Part shown: positions 39,812-50,769 of the stretch, piece by piece
Position numbering within the stretch: position 1 is the first letter of the stretch
Layout of the letters: each line of letters opens with the position of its first letter
Source of the DNA: Nostoc sp. DedSLP01
GTDB lineage: Bacteria > Cyanobacteriota > Cyanobacteriia > Cyanobacteriales > Nostocaceae
DNA length: 64,000 nucleotides
Assembly: GCA_034530875.2 (NCBI GenBank)
Contig: JAVRCJ020000001.1
Span: 1-64,000 of the forward strand
Reading direction: 5' to 3'
The notes under the pieces: generated by a model
Told to the model about the DNA's origin: nothing
Database searches by the model: none
Seen by the model: only the letters and a program-made list of their open reading frames with translations
Made by a program: the position numbers and the translations under genes

Positions 39812-39973
39812 GACTGGGGACTGGGGATTAGGTACTGGGGAAACAGTGAGTGTGGGAGAGGCCGGAGGTATAAATTCTCTTTCTCCCCACACTCCCCATC
39901 TCCCCATCTCCCCACACTTCCCACACTTCCCACACTCCCCACACTCCCCATCTCCCCACTCCCCACTCCCTAC
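39812..39973. repeat. Composite STRR repeat
   Basis: gactggggactgggg ... ccccatctccccacacttcccacacttcccacactcccc. Confidence 0.8.
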
Positions 39974-39975
39974 TT

Positions 39976-42198
39976 ATGATGTGGAAAAAGCTCAAACCCC
40001 GAATTTGGCAATGGCGGGGTGTTTTATTGGCAGTTCCCAATATTACAATCCTGGTAATTGGACTACGCTTAACTGGATTACTACAATTATTGGAATTGGC
40101 TGCACTAGACCAATTTTTTCTCCTGCGTCCGCGAGAGCCAGTTGATAGCCGGATTGTAATAGTTGAAATTAATGAGGCAGATGTCCGCAAACAAGGACAG
40201 TGGCCGATGTCGGATGCAGCGCTTGCTAGTGTATTAGAGAAGATTAAACAGCAGCAACCTAGAGCGATCGGTTTAGATATTTATCGCGATCTACCTGTAA
40301 ATCCCGGCCATGAAGCTCTTGTGAAAGTCTTTAAATCTACCCCAAATTTAATTGGCGTACAAAAAACATCTGAGAGTTTCGATAGTTCTTCGGTTAACGC
40401 ATCTCCAATACTAAAAGAACGCAATCAAATTGGAGGAAACGATTTACCTTTAGATGGTGATGGCAAAATTCGCCGGGGATTACTCTATCTGAATTTAAAG
40501 AATGATGAAGTTCTAGAAAGTTTTGCTTTGAAGCTGGCATTGTTGTACTTAAAACCTGAAGGCATTACCGAACAACCAGCTGCATATAACTCTAATTACT
40601 TACAGCTAAAACGAGGTGTTTTTCCTATTTTTGAAAGTAATGATGGCGGTTATGTTCGAGCAGATGCAGGCAGCTATCAAATACTTTTAAATTATCACGG
40701 ACGGATACAACAATTTTTGAAAATTACCCTTGCAGACTTACAAGAAAACCGCATTCCACCAAATTTAATGCGCGGTAAGGTGGTATTAATTGGAGCTACG
40801 GCCGAGAGTTTGAAAGATTTATTTTATACGCCTTACAGCAGTAATTTATTTACCGCTACGGAACGGATGGCTGGCGTGGCAATTCATGCTAATTTAATTA
40901 GTCAAATTTTGAGTGCGGCTATGGATGGCCGTGGAGCGATACAGACTTTGCCTGAATCGATAGAATGGTTATTAATTTTGGGCTGGTCAATTATTGGCGC
41001 GACTTCATGTTGGGTACAACGCCACAGTAATCACCAGAGAATTTTCTTAACTGTTGGCGTCGCAAGTGGCGGCTTACTCGGTGGGAGTTTTTTGGCATTT
41101 CTAGCTGGTTGGTGGGTTCCTGTTGTACCTTCACTGCTAGCTTTAGGAGGTTCTGCGATCGCAGTTACTCAGTATATCGCTCAAGGTTCTGCCCAGATGC
41201 GAAAAACTCTCGGTCGTTATCTCACTGATGAGATTATCGCCAATATCCTCGAAACTCCTTCTGGCTTAAAGTTAGGCGGCGAACGTAAAAAAGTTACAGT
41301 TTTGGTGTCTGACTTGAGAGGATTTTCGGCTATTTCCGAACAATTACCCCCTGAAGAAGTAGTCAGAATTATCAATCTTTATTTGGGAGCAATGACAGAT
41401 GTAATTAACTACTATAAAGGTACGATTACTGAGTTTATGGGTGATGGAATTTTTGTAATTTTTGGCGCGCCAGTTACTCGCGTAGATGATTCTCAAAGAG
41501 CGATCGCCTGTGCTATTGACATGCAATTAGAAATGCAAAAAGTCAACGAAATCAATCGACAAATGAATTTTCCCATTCTCGAAATGGGAATTGGAATTAG
41601 TACTGGCGAAGTCGTAGCTGGAAATATTGGTTCTCAAAAACGCGCTCAATACACAGTAACCGGCTCTCATGTAAATTTAGCTGCCAGAATTGAAACTTAT
41701 ACTGTGGGCGGACAGATTTTAATTTCTGAAAATACCTATAAAGATGCCAACATTGACCTCAAAATTGCGGGAGAATTAGAAATTAAACCCAAGGGTATAA
41801 AAGAGCCAGTGAAGATTTTTGACATTCACGGCATTGGCGGTCAATATAACTTGTTTTTGGTTGAAGATGATGAAGCAATGGTCGCTCTCAATCCAGAAAT
41901 ATCTTTAGAATACAATATTTTGGAAGGAAAACAGGTCAGCGGAACAGTATTTCCAGGAGCTTTAGTTTACCTGTCAGAAAAAACAGCACAATTGCAATCT
42001 TCTCATTTATTAGAACCTTTGAGTAATCTCAAACTCAAATTATTAATTGAGCCAGAATTAACGGCAGAAGGAGAACAAATTTACGCCAAGGTAATTAAAC
42101 AGACTGATGCTGACAAGCAACTTTTCCTGATTCGATTTACAGCTATTCCTCCAAAAGCGATCGCATTTCTCAATGCACTCCGTCAGTCGGGAAATTGA
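39976..42198 (+). CDS. CHASE2-domain class III adenylate/guanylate cyclase (Cya2-like)
   Basis: CHASE2 (QWPMSD, IGLDIYRD, GVAIHA), 3 TMs, VSDLRGF, TEFMGDG, GNIGS and VNLAARIE motifs. Confidence 0.92.
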   Translation: MMWKKLKPRIWQWRGVLLAVPNITILVIGLRLTGLLQLLELAALDQFFLLRPREPVDSRIVIVEINEADVRKQGQWPMSDAALASVLEKIKQQQPRAIGLDIYRDLPVNPGHEALVKVFKSTPNLIGVQKTSESFDSSSVNASPILKERNQIGGNDLPLDGDGKIRRGLLYLNLKNDEVLESFALKLALLYLKPEGITEQPAAYNSNYLQLKRGVFPIFESNDGGYVRADAGSYQILLNYHGRIQQFLKITLADLQENRIPPNLMRGKVVLIGATAESLKDLFYTPYSSNLFTATERMAGVAIHANLISQILSAAMDGRGAIQTLPESIEWLLILGWSIIGATSCWVQRHSNHQRIFLTVGVASGGLLGGSFLAFLAGWWVPVVPSLLALGGSAIAVTQYIAQGSAQMRKTLGRYLTDEIIANILETPSGLKLGGERKKVTVLVSDLRGFSAISEQLPPEEVVRIINLYLGAMTDVINYYKGTITEFMGDGIFVIFGAPVTRVDDSQRAIACAIDMQLEMQKVNEINRQMNFPILEMGIGISTGEVVAGNIGSQKRAQYTVTGSHVNLAARIETYTVGGQILISENTYKDANIDLKIAGELEIKPKGIKEPVKIFDIHGIGGQYNLFLVEDDEAMVALNPEISLEYNILEGKQVSGTVFPGALVYLSEKTAQLQSSHLLEPLSNLKLKLLIEPELTAEGEQIYAKVIKQTDADKQLFLIRFTAIPPKAIAFLNALRQSGN

Positions 42199-42509
42199 AG
42201 AATACACAATACACAATTAATCAGTAGAGGATGCCTTGTAGCTTCTTGCTATTATAGGCTGATTATTCTACCTTTTTTATAAAAAATTACATCTATCTTT
42301 GATTATAAATATTATAATAGCAATTTGTAATTATAAATTATTTTCTGTTAAAAGCATTAGTAGATTGGATTGGCAAAATCGCTGTTTGCTTTCTCAAAAT
42401 ACCTGTTTTTTCAATTTTTTACCGCTTTTCACTCAATTGTAGCAATGCCTGAACACAATGTTAGTCGTTTGTATGTTAGGTATAAAATTATAGAAACCTG
42501 GAGAAAACG

Positions 42510-43865
42510 ATGACATTAGAAACACAGACACTACAGGCTGGACTATCAAATTCTACCTTTGAGACACCTGAAAATAACCAAGAATTTAACTGGAGACAAT
42601 GTTGGTATCCTGTCTGTTTTCTGCAAGATCTGCCAGCAAATCGTCCTTATACTTTTTCGTTATATGAAGAACCTTTTGTTTTGTTCAAAGACCAAAATGG
42701 AAAGTTTGTCTGTTTAACAGATCGTTGTTCTCACCGTGCAGCTAGACTTTCTGATGGACAAATTATTGACGGTAAAATAGAGTGTTCGTATCACGGTTGG
42801 CAGTTTGGCAATAGTGGTCAATGTCTGCACATTCCTCAGTTACCAACTGATGCTAAAATTCCGGTGAATGCTTGCGTCCCATCCTTTAAAGTCGTGGAAG
42901 TTCAAGATATTATTTGGATGTGGGCAGGGGAAGCCCAAACGGCTGTTGATGAGCTAATTCCATCTTTACCAGATTGGGAAAAACCGGAATGCTTCAAGTT
43001 AGATTATCTACGCGACCTACCTTACGACCAAACCTATTTTATTGAAAACATTATCGATCCGGCTCACGTTCCTATCAGTCATGATGGCGTCATGGGAAGC
43101 CGTAAAGATGCCCAAGCGTTGGAAATAGAAGTTATTGAAAGTAACATTCATGGAATTAAGGGAAGGTGGCGGCGAACGCGCACAGCCAATTCACCTTGGA
43201 TTTCATTAGATTTCATTGCTCCTAATTTGATTCTCTACAAATTTGGTAACGAACAGCAAGGTAGGGTTGGAGGCACAGCCTTATATTCCATTCCATTAGG
43301 TAAGGACAGATGCCGGATTTTAATCAGAAATTATGGTAACTTTTTTACCCAAAAAACCAAGCTGATGCCTCCCTGGGTAGATCATATTTTGATGCAAAAC
43401 AAAATTTTAGAAGGTGATTTGCAATTAGTTGTCGAACAAAAGGCACAAATTGAGCGTTTGGGAAAAAGCCTCAAAGAAGTATATTTGCCGCTGAAAACTT
43501 CCGATCCATTAACGATCGAATATCGCAAGTGGCTAGATAAATTTGGGTCGGGTTTACCATTTTATCAAGGTTATTCTACCTCCAAAAATATTGGTAGTAG
43601 CGAGAGCGATCGCAAGTTGATGACCTTAGATCGATTTTCGCAACATACACTTATTTGTCATTCCTGCAATCGAGCTTATCAGGCGACAGATAGACTCAAA
43701 CAAAGTTTCATCGGGGTAGCGATCGCTTTCGCAGCTGTAGCGATACTTACAGATAATTCTGGAATCAAAATAGCAACAATATCGCTTTCTCTAGCAGCAG
43801 TTGCAATGTCGGCTATCGCCCGCAAATTCAAAAGTTTCTTTGAGCGTTCCTACACTCGTAACTAA
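42510..43865 (+). CDS. Rieske oxygenase, pheophorbide a oxygenase / Tic55-like (copy 1)
   Basis: CSHR...CSYHGW Rieske motif, ENIIDPAHVPISH, HTLICHSC, C-terminal TMs. Confidence 0.9.
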   Translation: MTLETQTLQAGLSNSTFETPENNQEFNWRQCWYPVCFLQDLPANRPYTFSLYEEPFVLFKDQNGKFVCLTDRCSHRAARLSDGQIIDGKIECSYHGWQFGNSGQCLHIPQLPTDAKIPVNACVPSFKVVEVQDIIWMWAGEAQTAVDELIPSLPDWEKPECFKLDYLRDLPYDQTYFIENIIDPAHVPISHDGVMGSRKDAQALEIEVIESNIHGIKGRWRRTRTANSPWISLDFIAPNLILYKFGNEQQGRVGGTALYSIPLGKDRCRILIRNYGNFFTQKTKLMPPWVDHILMQNKILEGDLQLVVEQKAQIERLGKSLKEVYLPLKTSDPLTIEYRKWLDKFGSGLPFYQGYSTSKNIGSSESDRKLMTLDRFSQHTLICHSCNRAYQATDRLKQSFIGVAIAFAAVAILTDNSGIKIATISLSLAAVAMSAIARKFKSFFERSYTRN

Positions 43866-44063
43866 TAATAAAGGCTGGGAAGTAATCTAAGTATATGTAG
43901 TGGCGCGATCGCCAAGAGGATGGCATCAAAACCTTTGGATAGTACGTTAAGTCCTATAGTTTGATTTATCTGGTTTGACAAGTTCACTCTATAAATGTTC
44001 TATCTCTGGAACTAAGCATTTACGAATCCAAAGGAATAAAATCATAAAAACCTGGAAAAAACT

Positions 44064-45428
44064 ATGTCATTAAAAACAGAGATACTACAGGCTACACCAC
44101 CAACTTCTGCCTTTGAGACACCTGAGGAGAAGCAAGAATTTAACTGGAGGCAATGTTGGTATCCCGTTACCTTTGTGCAAGACTTGCCTACTAACCGCCC
44201 TCATAGCTTTTCCCTGTACGATGAACCTTTGGTTTTGTTCAAAGACCAAAATGGACAGCTTGTCTGTTTATCAGATCGTTGTCCTCACCGTACAGCCAAA
44301 CTTTCTGATGGACAAATTATTGAAGGCAAAATTGAGTGCTTATATCACGGTTGGCAGTTTGGCAGTGATGGCCAATGCCTGCATATTCCCCAATTACCAA
44401 CAGATGCAAAAATCCCAGCTAATGCTTGCGTGCCATCCTTTAAGGTTGTACAACGCCAAGGCATGATTTGGGTGTGGGCTGGCGAAAAAGAAACTGCTAT
44501 TGATGCAAATATCCCAATTCTGCCAGATTTAGATAAGTCTGGATTCGTTTGTGCAGATTTTATATTGGATCTGCCTTACGACCAAACATATCTAGTAGAG
44601 AACGTCATCGATCCTGCTCATGTTGCTATTAGCCATCATGGTACGAGGGGTGGTGGCAATCGCAAAAATGCCCAACCGCTAGAAATGGAAGTGTTAGAGA
44701 GTTCGGTTCGGGGAATTCGAGGCCGGTGGCGGGGAATTAATAAATCAAATGAAGCCTGGAAGTATGTTGATTTTGTCGCTCCAAATCTTCTTCTCAACAA
44801 TGCTTATATTGAAGAACGAGGTTGGACATTTGGACTAGCTTTGTATTCGATTCCTTTAGGCAAAGGGCGATGTCGTCTTTTAGCTAGAGGTTATCGTAAT
44901 TTTATGACTTGGGGAGTCAAGCTAAGACCCCGGTGGCTCGACCACTTAAATACAAATAAAATATTGGAGCAAGATTTACCTCTTCTAATGGGACAACAAG
45001 CAGAAATTGAACGCTTGGGAACAAGTCTCAAAGAACTATATTTGCCGCTGAAAACATCTGACACATTAGCGATCGAGTACCGCAAGTGGCTAGATAAGTT
45101 TGGGTCATCTTTGCCTTTTTATCAAGGTTATTCTACATCTAAAAATGTTCAGAATGACGAGTTGAATTCAAAGCCAATTTTGCTAGACAGATTTTCGCGA
45201 CACACGCTTATTTGTCCTTCCTGCAATCGAGCTTACCAGGTGACAAACAGACTCAAACAAAGTTTTATCGGAATAGCGATCGCTTTTGCAGCTGTAGCGA
45301 TACTTGCAGATGATTCTAGAATCAAAATAGCAACAATATCGCTTTCTCTAGCAGCAGTTGTAATGTCAGCTATAGCCGGCAAATTCAAAACTCACTTTGA
45401 GCGTTCCTACACACGCCACAATCATTAG
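44064..45428 (+). CDS. Rieske oxygenase, pheophorbide a oxygenase / Tic55-like (copy 2)
   Basis: CPHR...CLYHGW, ENVIDPAHVAISH and HTLICPSC motifs. Confidence 0.9.
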   Translation: MSLKTEILQATPPTSAFETPEEKQEFNWRQCWYPVTFVQDLPTNRPHSFSLYDEPLVLFKDQNGQLVCLSDRCPHRTAKLSDGQIIEGKIECLYHGWQFGSDGQCLHIPQLPTDAKIPANACVPSFKVVQRQGMIWVWAGEKETAIDANIPILPDLDKSGFVCADFILDLPYDQTYLVENVIDPAHVAISHHGTRGGGNRKNAQPLEMEVLESSVRGIRGRWRGINKSNEAWKYVDFVAPNLLLNNAYIEERGWTFGLALYSIPLGKGRCRLLARGYRNFMTWGVKLRPRWLDHLNTNKILEQDLPLLMGQQAEIERLGTSLKELYLPLKTSDTLAIEYRKWLDKFGSSLPFYQGYSTSKNVQNDELNSKPILLDRFSRHTLICPSCNRAYQVTNRLKQSFIGIAIAFAAVAILADDSRIKIATISLSLAAVVMSAIAGKFKTHFERSYTRHNH

Positions 45429-45552
45429 ACTTCTTGCAGAAGTTGGGAAAAGGGGAAAGGGAAAGGGGGAAAGGTTTGGTATTTTCCTTTCCCCAATAAA
45501 GATGCATCTCTTTGACCACAAGAGTGCAAAAAACACTTTTGCAAGAGGTCTA
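45426..45552. mobile_element. MITE with TIR tagacttcttgca / tgcaagaggtcta
   Basis: Imperfect terminal inverted repeats and an internal gggaaa tract; the left end supplies the stop codon of the upstream gene. Confidence 0.65.
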
Positions 45553-45708
45553 TTCGTAATACTCGCCTCCGGCGAGAAGCAAGCTACGTAATTCGTAATT
45601 AAATACGTACAACCCGCTTGATTCATCAATATAAATATAAAAACGGGTAGTATTATTATTTCAAGTCTACGACTGAAGTTATAGGATAAAATTACGAATT
45701 ACGAATTA

Positions 45709-48700
45709 TTAAGTGTTTATTAAAGAAATACCAGCTTGAGAAACTAAAAGTTGTAATATTTCCAAGCGTGGATTTGTAAAAACTCCCACAGATAAGTCAT
45801 TTTCTAAATAAAGTAAGCCAATGAATTGCCCTTGATGAATTAAGGGACAACAATAGACAGATTTTGGTTGAGTTTTGAGAATATAAGGATCGTTAATAAA
45901 AATGCCCTCAACTCTTGCATTATTTAAGACGATAGTTTTTTGCGTTCTCTCGACATAGTTAATCACTGAAATCGGCAATTCTGGTAGTGATTCTGCGATT
46001 GTAAGTGAAGATAACAAGCGTACCTCATGTTCCAGAGATGTTGATTTCGATGTTATTAGTTGGAGTTGATTGTTAATTGGAAAATCTTGGCGATCGCTAA
46101 CAGCTACTGGTTCTAATTGTCCAGCTTTTGACAATAATAGAACGCCTTTAGATGCACCAGCATACTCGACAGTAATAAGCATTAATTGAGCAAGCAATTT
46201 GTCAAAGCTCCTTTCAAATGCAATTGCTTGCAAAGCTTTGGCAATTGCGGCTACATCCAGCGCGGCTGTCTGTATTGTTGATTTAGCAGTAACTATTGTG
46301 TGGCTAATATCCCGGTTAATATTTTCTCGTTGCAAAATTCTGCAAAAGAATTCTGGATATCTTAATTCTAAATCTTTGACTTTTGCTTTTGCTCCCCAGC
46401 GAATATAGGCATAGTAAGACTTAATTAAATAAACTTCAGCTAGAGCCTCTTGATTGCTAGCAAAATAAAACTCAGCTACTAACTCATTGGCTAAAGCTTC
46501 TTCCTGAATATAACCAGATTTAGCAGCTGCTTCAATGGCTTCTTTGTAATGAGCGATCGCTTGCGTATGATTTCCTAAAACTCGTGCTTTTTCAGCTTCA
46601 ACTAATTCATATTTGTGCCGATAATTTTCTGGAGCTTGTTCTGCCCAATTGCGCATTTTTTGCTGATTAATTTCCACCTTTTGTAAAAGCTGATTTTTAG
46701 CTTTTGCATTCTGCTGCTTTGGATAACTAGCTAACAACGCCAAAGAATAATAAAAATTGTGTGCTGCTAAGGTTATAAATCCCAGAATATTTGCCGTATA
46801 TCTTTGTGCCAATTCTGCCTTTTCTACAGATTGGTCGTACTCTTTAAACAAATACAGCAGCATTGCTTTATAGAAGTAAGTCATAAACAATGAAGTCATG
46901 ACATTTGCCGCCTCAAAAACTGGCAGCATTTCTTGTTCATTAAAGCTATCGCCAATTAAACGGCAGGGATTGGCTGATTCACCTAATAAATTAGCTTCCG
47001 TTTGTCTGACCGTACTAATTGAATGAATGGCATATTCTTGTTTCAGCTTCCGCATTAAATCAATATAGGGTTTTTGGCAAGCATTAACATTATCTAAATG
47101 CTCTCCCAGTAAAAATGTGTAGTGACAATAATTAATACTGCTGTAACCTGCATATTCTATATCGCCTGCTTCTAAACTCATTTGCAGAGCGTCTACAAAA
47201 GCTGGAATTGTTTCTCTAGCATGTTCTTTCCAATGGCGAACAAAAGCATTAAATATATTCACAACTTTGCATTTTAGTTCTGAATTTTCAAAACGCTCTA
47301 GCAGCTTCATCGCTAGCTGTCCAAATTCATATCCGGACTTAATATCTCCAAACGCACCACATAGCAGCCAGCCATAAAGAGCATATCCATAAGCAGCCTG
47401 GGGCGAATTTCCATATCGCACACTCAGATTAACCATCTTAAATGTGACGAGGGGGAATAAATTAGGAGTTGTTAGATAAGCAGGAATAAGGACACTAATT
47501 AAAATCCGCATTGCCGCGATTTTATAAGGATCTGTCATCTCTGGCAACTGGGCTAAATTATCAATTCCCTTAGCTGCGACAACTATTTTAGTTACAAGCG
47601 AACTACTGTTAACTGCACATTTACTAGGTGCTTTCGGCAGAGAAATTCCCAGAATTTTTAATGCCTCTAAAGCGGTATCTATCGCCTCTAACATTTGGTT
47701 TTGAGCGACATAGACTTGAATTTTTGTCTCGTAGACCTTAATTTTTTCTAGAGGTTTTTTAGCTTTAGCTAAAACAATATTTGATAGTTGTTCGGCTCGC
47801 TCATAATTGGTGTTGAGGTACTCAGCTTCTACCATTGTGGTATAAAGATTAAGTGCTAGCTCGTAATTACTAGACCAAGCTGTTTTAGGAAGCAGTCCTA
47901 AACCAATATTTAAATACTTAACAGCGGCTTCATAAGCTGTTGCTTGCTTAGCTTTAGAACCAGCAATTAAATTTAACGAGGCTAGATGTTCTTTGTCTGT
48001 TGGTTGAGTTATTAATTCCAGCCCGATATTAAGCTGGTTGACAATATCAAAGATATTTTCTTCTAGGGCTGAATCAGGTGTCTTATGCAATAACAAGCGG
48101 CCGATACTTAAGTGTGTCTTTTGTTTGTCGTCATCGGGAATTAGAGAATATGCTGCTTGCTGCACGCGATCGTGGAGAAATTTGTAAGCAATTTTGACAT
48201 TATCTACTTGGCAATGCTCCTGTTCCGATCTTTCTACAAACATAGGAATTTTGTATGCTTGGGAGAGTGGCAAAATTAAGCCAGCTTGCAACGCTTCCCA
48301 CAGGGCATTAGCAGTCTCTTGTAATGATTTCTTATAAACAACTGCTAGATTTTCTAAAGTAAATTCATGCCCCATACAAGCCCCTAATTTTAAAACTTGC
48401 TGGGTTGCGTCTGGTAGTTTTTGGAGGTTTCTGGCTACCAATTCGACGACGCTATAATCTGTAATCCCTAGCGCTTGAATTTGCAGAATTTCCCACTGCC
48501 ATTGTTTAAGACTAAAGTTAAAATGCAACAAACCTTCAGCATAAAGTGTTTGCAGCATTTGAGTCAGGAAAAAGGGATTGCCCTGGGTTTTGTTATAAAT
48601 TAATTCAGCTAAATTTCTTACCTTTTCTCGATTGTTTTCTTGTACGTAAAAGCTTTGGGGCGTTAGAGTTTTATTGAAGGTATCGTTAATTAATTCACAA

Positions 48701-50286
48701 ATATTGTCAAAGTTTAATGGCTGAAGCACGATGTTATGCACTACATCTTTACGGGAGTAAATTCTTTCAATTGTAACGATCGTGGGATGAGTTGGGCTGA
48801 CTTCATTATCTCGATACGCACCTATCAACAATAAATATTTACTATCTTTATTGCAGATGACGTTCTCAATTAATTTTAGCGATGGAGCATCTGCCCACTG
48901 TAAATCATCTAAAAATAAAACAAGTGGATGTTCTACCTTAGCGAAAACATCGAAGAATTGTTGAAAAACTCGATCTAAGCGATTTTGAAATTCGGTAGCT
49001 CCGAGTTCAGGTATAGGCGGTTGAGAGCCAATAATGTGTTCTACTTCTGGAATTACGTCAATAATTACTTGAGCGTTTGCACCTAAAGCTGTTAAAAGAT
49101 TTTGTTTCCAAGTGGCAATTTTTTCGGGGCTTTGTGTTAGTATCTGCTGAATTAAAGCTTGAAAAGCTTGAATTAAGGCTGCATAAGGAATATTTTTCTT
49201 AAATTGGTCAAACTTACCAGAAATAAAATATCCACGTTGTTGCAGAATGGGTTTGTGGATTTCATTAATGACACTGGTTTTACCAATTCCAGAGTACCCA
49301 GAAACCAGCATCATTTCTGTAGTACCAGCGCTGACTCGCTCAAATGCTTGTAGTAGCGATCGCACTTCTCGAGTTCGTCCGTAAAGTTTTTGGGGAATCA
49401 AAAATTGGCCGGATCGATCTAAATCTCCTAAAGCAAATTCGGTGATTTCACCTTGAGATTGCAACTGATATAAGCAAGTTTCTAAATCTGCTTTTAAACC
49501 CAGAGCATTTTGATATCTATCCTCAGCAGTTTTCGCCATTAACTTCAACACAATATCTGACACCGCTTTCGGTATTTCTGGGCTAACTTCGTGCGGTAGT
49601 CTGGGATTTTTGGCTATATGACAGTGTACTAATTCCAAAGGATCGATTGTTGTAAAGGGTAACTGACCCGTCAACATTTCATAGAAAGTAACACCAAGAG
49701 AATAAAAATCTGTGCGGTAGTCAACAGACCGATTCATTCTTGCGGTTTGCTCTGGGGAAATATAAGCCAGGGTTCCTTCTAACTTTTCAGGATTGTTAAT
49801 ACAAGGATTTTCTTTAGAAAGTCGAGAAGCAATACTGAAATCAATTAATTTGACTGTCAAGCTATCGGGATCTAAAAGGATATTTTGGGGGTTTATATCT
49901 TTATGAATAATGTGGTTTTTATGTACGTTATGTAAGATTTCAGCTAACTGAATAGCAAGCGGAAGAAACGACAAAACTGGCAATTTCCCTAAAGTCAATA
50001 ATTTTTGAAAAGATATACCCCAAAAATCTTCTAAAATTATTGCCGAACTGTGGCCGTAATGCTCCAAACTCTTTACTTTTGCTATTCCTTTGATATCCGC
50101 TAAAACCTCAAGAATTGTATATTCATGGCGCAGCCTTGTAATCTCTTCTAAGGTTGGATATTCAGCGTTTATAGTTTTGATAATAACTGTAGAGAAGTCT
50201 GACTCTCGCCGAGCACGATAAATAGCGGTATCTATACCCTCATGCAAGCATTCGTTGAGTAAGTAACCAGGTAGGTTGACAACCAT
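45709..50286 (-). CDS. Ser/Thr kinase - AAA ATPase - TPR - GAF protein (HstK-like) lacking the output His-kinase
   Basis: HKDINPQN, LIDFSIAS, YISPEQT, GYSGIGKT Walker A, LFLDDLQWAD, GNPFF, FLHDRVQQ and GAF LYLEN; ends right after the GAF domain. Confidence 0.9.
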   Translation of the reverse strand: MVVNLPGYLLNECLHEGIDTAIYRARRESDFSTVIIKTINAEYPTLEEITRLRHEYTILEVLADIKGIAKVKSLEHYGHSSAIILEDFWGISFQKLLTLGKLPVLSFLPLAIQLAEILHNVHKNHIIHKDINPQNILLDPDSLTVKLIDFSIASRLSKENPCINNPEKLEGTLAYISPEQTARMNRSVDYRTDFYSLGVTFYEMLTGQLPFTTIDPLELVHCHIAKNPRLPHEVSPEIPKAVSDIVLKLMAKTAEDRYQNALGLKADLETCLYQLQSQGEITEFALGDLDRSGQFLIPQKLYGRTREVRSLLQAFERVSAGTTEMMLVSGYSGIGKTSVINEIHKPILQQRGYFISGKFDQFKKNIPYAALIQAFQALIQQILTQSPEKIATWKQNLLTALGANAQVIIDVIPEVEHIIGSQPPIPELGATEFQNRLDRVFQQFFDVFAKVEHPLVLFLDDLQWADAPSLKLIENVICNKDSKYLLLIGAYRDNEVSPTHPTIVTIERIYSRKDVVHNIVLQPLNFDNICELINDTFNKTLTPQSFYVQENNREKVRNLAELIYNKTQGNPFFLTQMLQTLYAEGLLHFNFSLKQWQWEILQIQALGITDYSVVELVARNLQKLPDATQQVLKLGACMGHEFTLENLAVVYKKSLQETANALWEALQAGLILPLSQAYKIPMFVERSEQEHCQVDNVKIAYKFLHDRVQQAAYSLIPDDDKQKTHLSIGRLLLHKTPDSALEENIFDIVNQLNIGLELITQPTDKEHLASLNLIAGSKAKQATAYEAAVKYLNIGLGLLPKTAWSSNYELALNLYTTMVEAEYLNTNYERAEQLSNIVLAKAKKPLEKIKVYETKIQVYVAQNQMLEAIDTALEALKILGISLPKAPSKCAVNSSSLVTKIVVAAKGIDNLAQLPEMTDPYKIAAMRILISVLIPAYLTTPNLFPLVTFKMVNLSVRYGNSPQAAYGYALYGWLLCGAFGDIKSGYEFGQLAMKLLERFENSELKCKVVNIFNAFVRHWKEHARETIPAFVDALQMSLEAGDIEYAGYSSINYCHYTFLLGEHLDNVNACQKPYIDLMRKLKQEYAIHSISTVRQTEANLLGESANPCRLIGDSFNEQEMLPVFEAANVMTSLFMTYFYKAMLLYLFKEYDQSVEKAELAQRYTANILGFITLAAHNFYYSLALLASYPKQQNAKAKNQLLQKVEINQQKMRNWAEQAPENYRHKYELVEAEKARVLGNHTQAIAHYKEAIEAAAKSGYIQEEALANELVAEFYFASNQEALAEVYLIKSYYAYIRWGAKAKVKDLELRYPEFFCRILQRENINRDISHTIVTAKSTIQTAALDVAAIAKALQAIAFERSFDKLLAQLMLITVEYAGASKGVLLLSKAGQLEPVAVSDRQDFPINNQLQLITSKSTSLEHEVRLLSSLTIAESLPELPISVINYVERTQKTIVLNNARVEGIFINDPYILKTQPKSVYCCPLIHQGQFIGLLYLENDLSVGVFTNPRLEILQLLVSQAGISLINT

Positions 50287-50769
50287 TTTTCTATTAAGTT
50301 TCTATTATTATTCGTAATTTTATTTGCCAATTGTGAGTATTTGATGAAGATGAAATATTCAGTAACAAAAGTTTATGCGTATGCGATCGCTAAAAAGCTT
50401 TATCTGCTGTGCATACTATTGTTTTATCGCTAGAACACTGATTCTATATGCACTGTTGGGGTATGGGCTGCTCAGCATTATGGGTAAAATTTTTGGCAAT
50501 GATTAAGAATCTGAAGCACACCTTTGTTAAGTAATTTTTAAGTAATATTTATTACTAAATATGTAATGAAACAAGTATAGAACCAACAGTGGGCATATCC
50601 TAAAAATTACAGCTAATACCAATTAAAAATGGCGTTGTTTGATGGATGCGGAGAATGGTAAATTATACTCATTACCTGTTTGCTCTCCAGTTTCAACCTG
50701 ACGATAAAAACTAAAAGCAGCTACAAAGTTCGTAATTGCAACTCTTACGAATAGAAAATGGCATAACTT

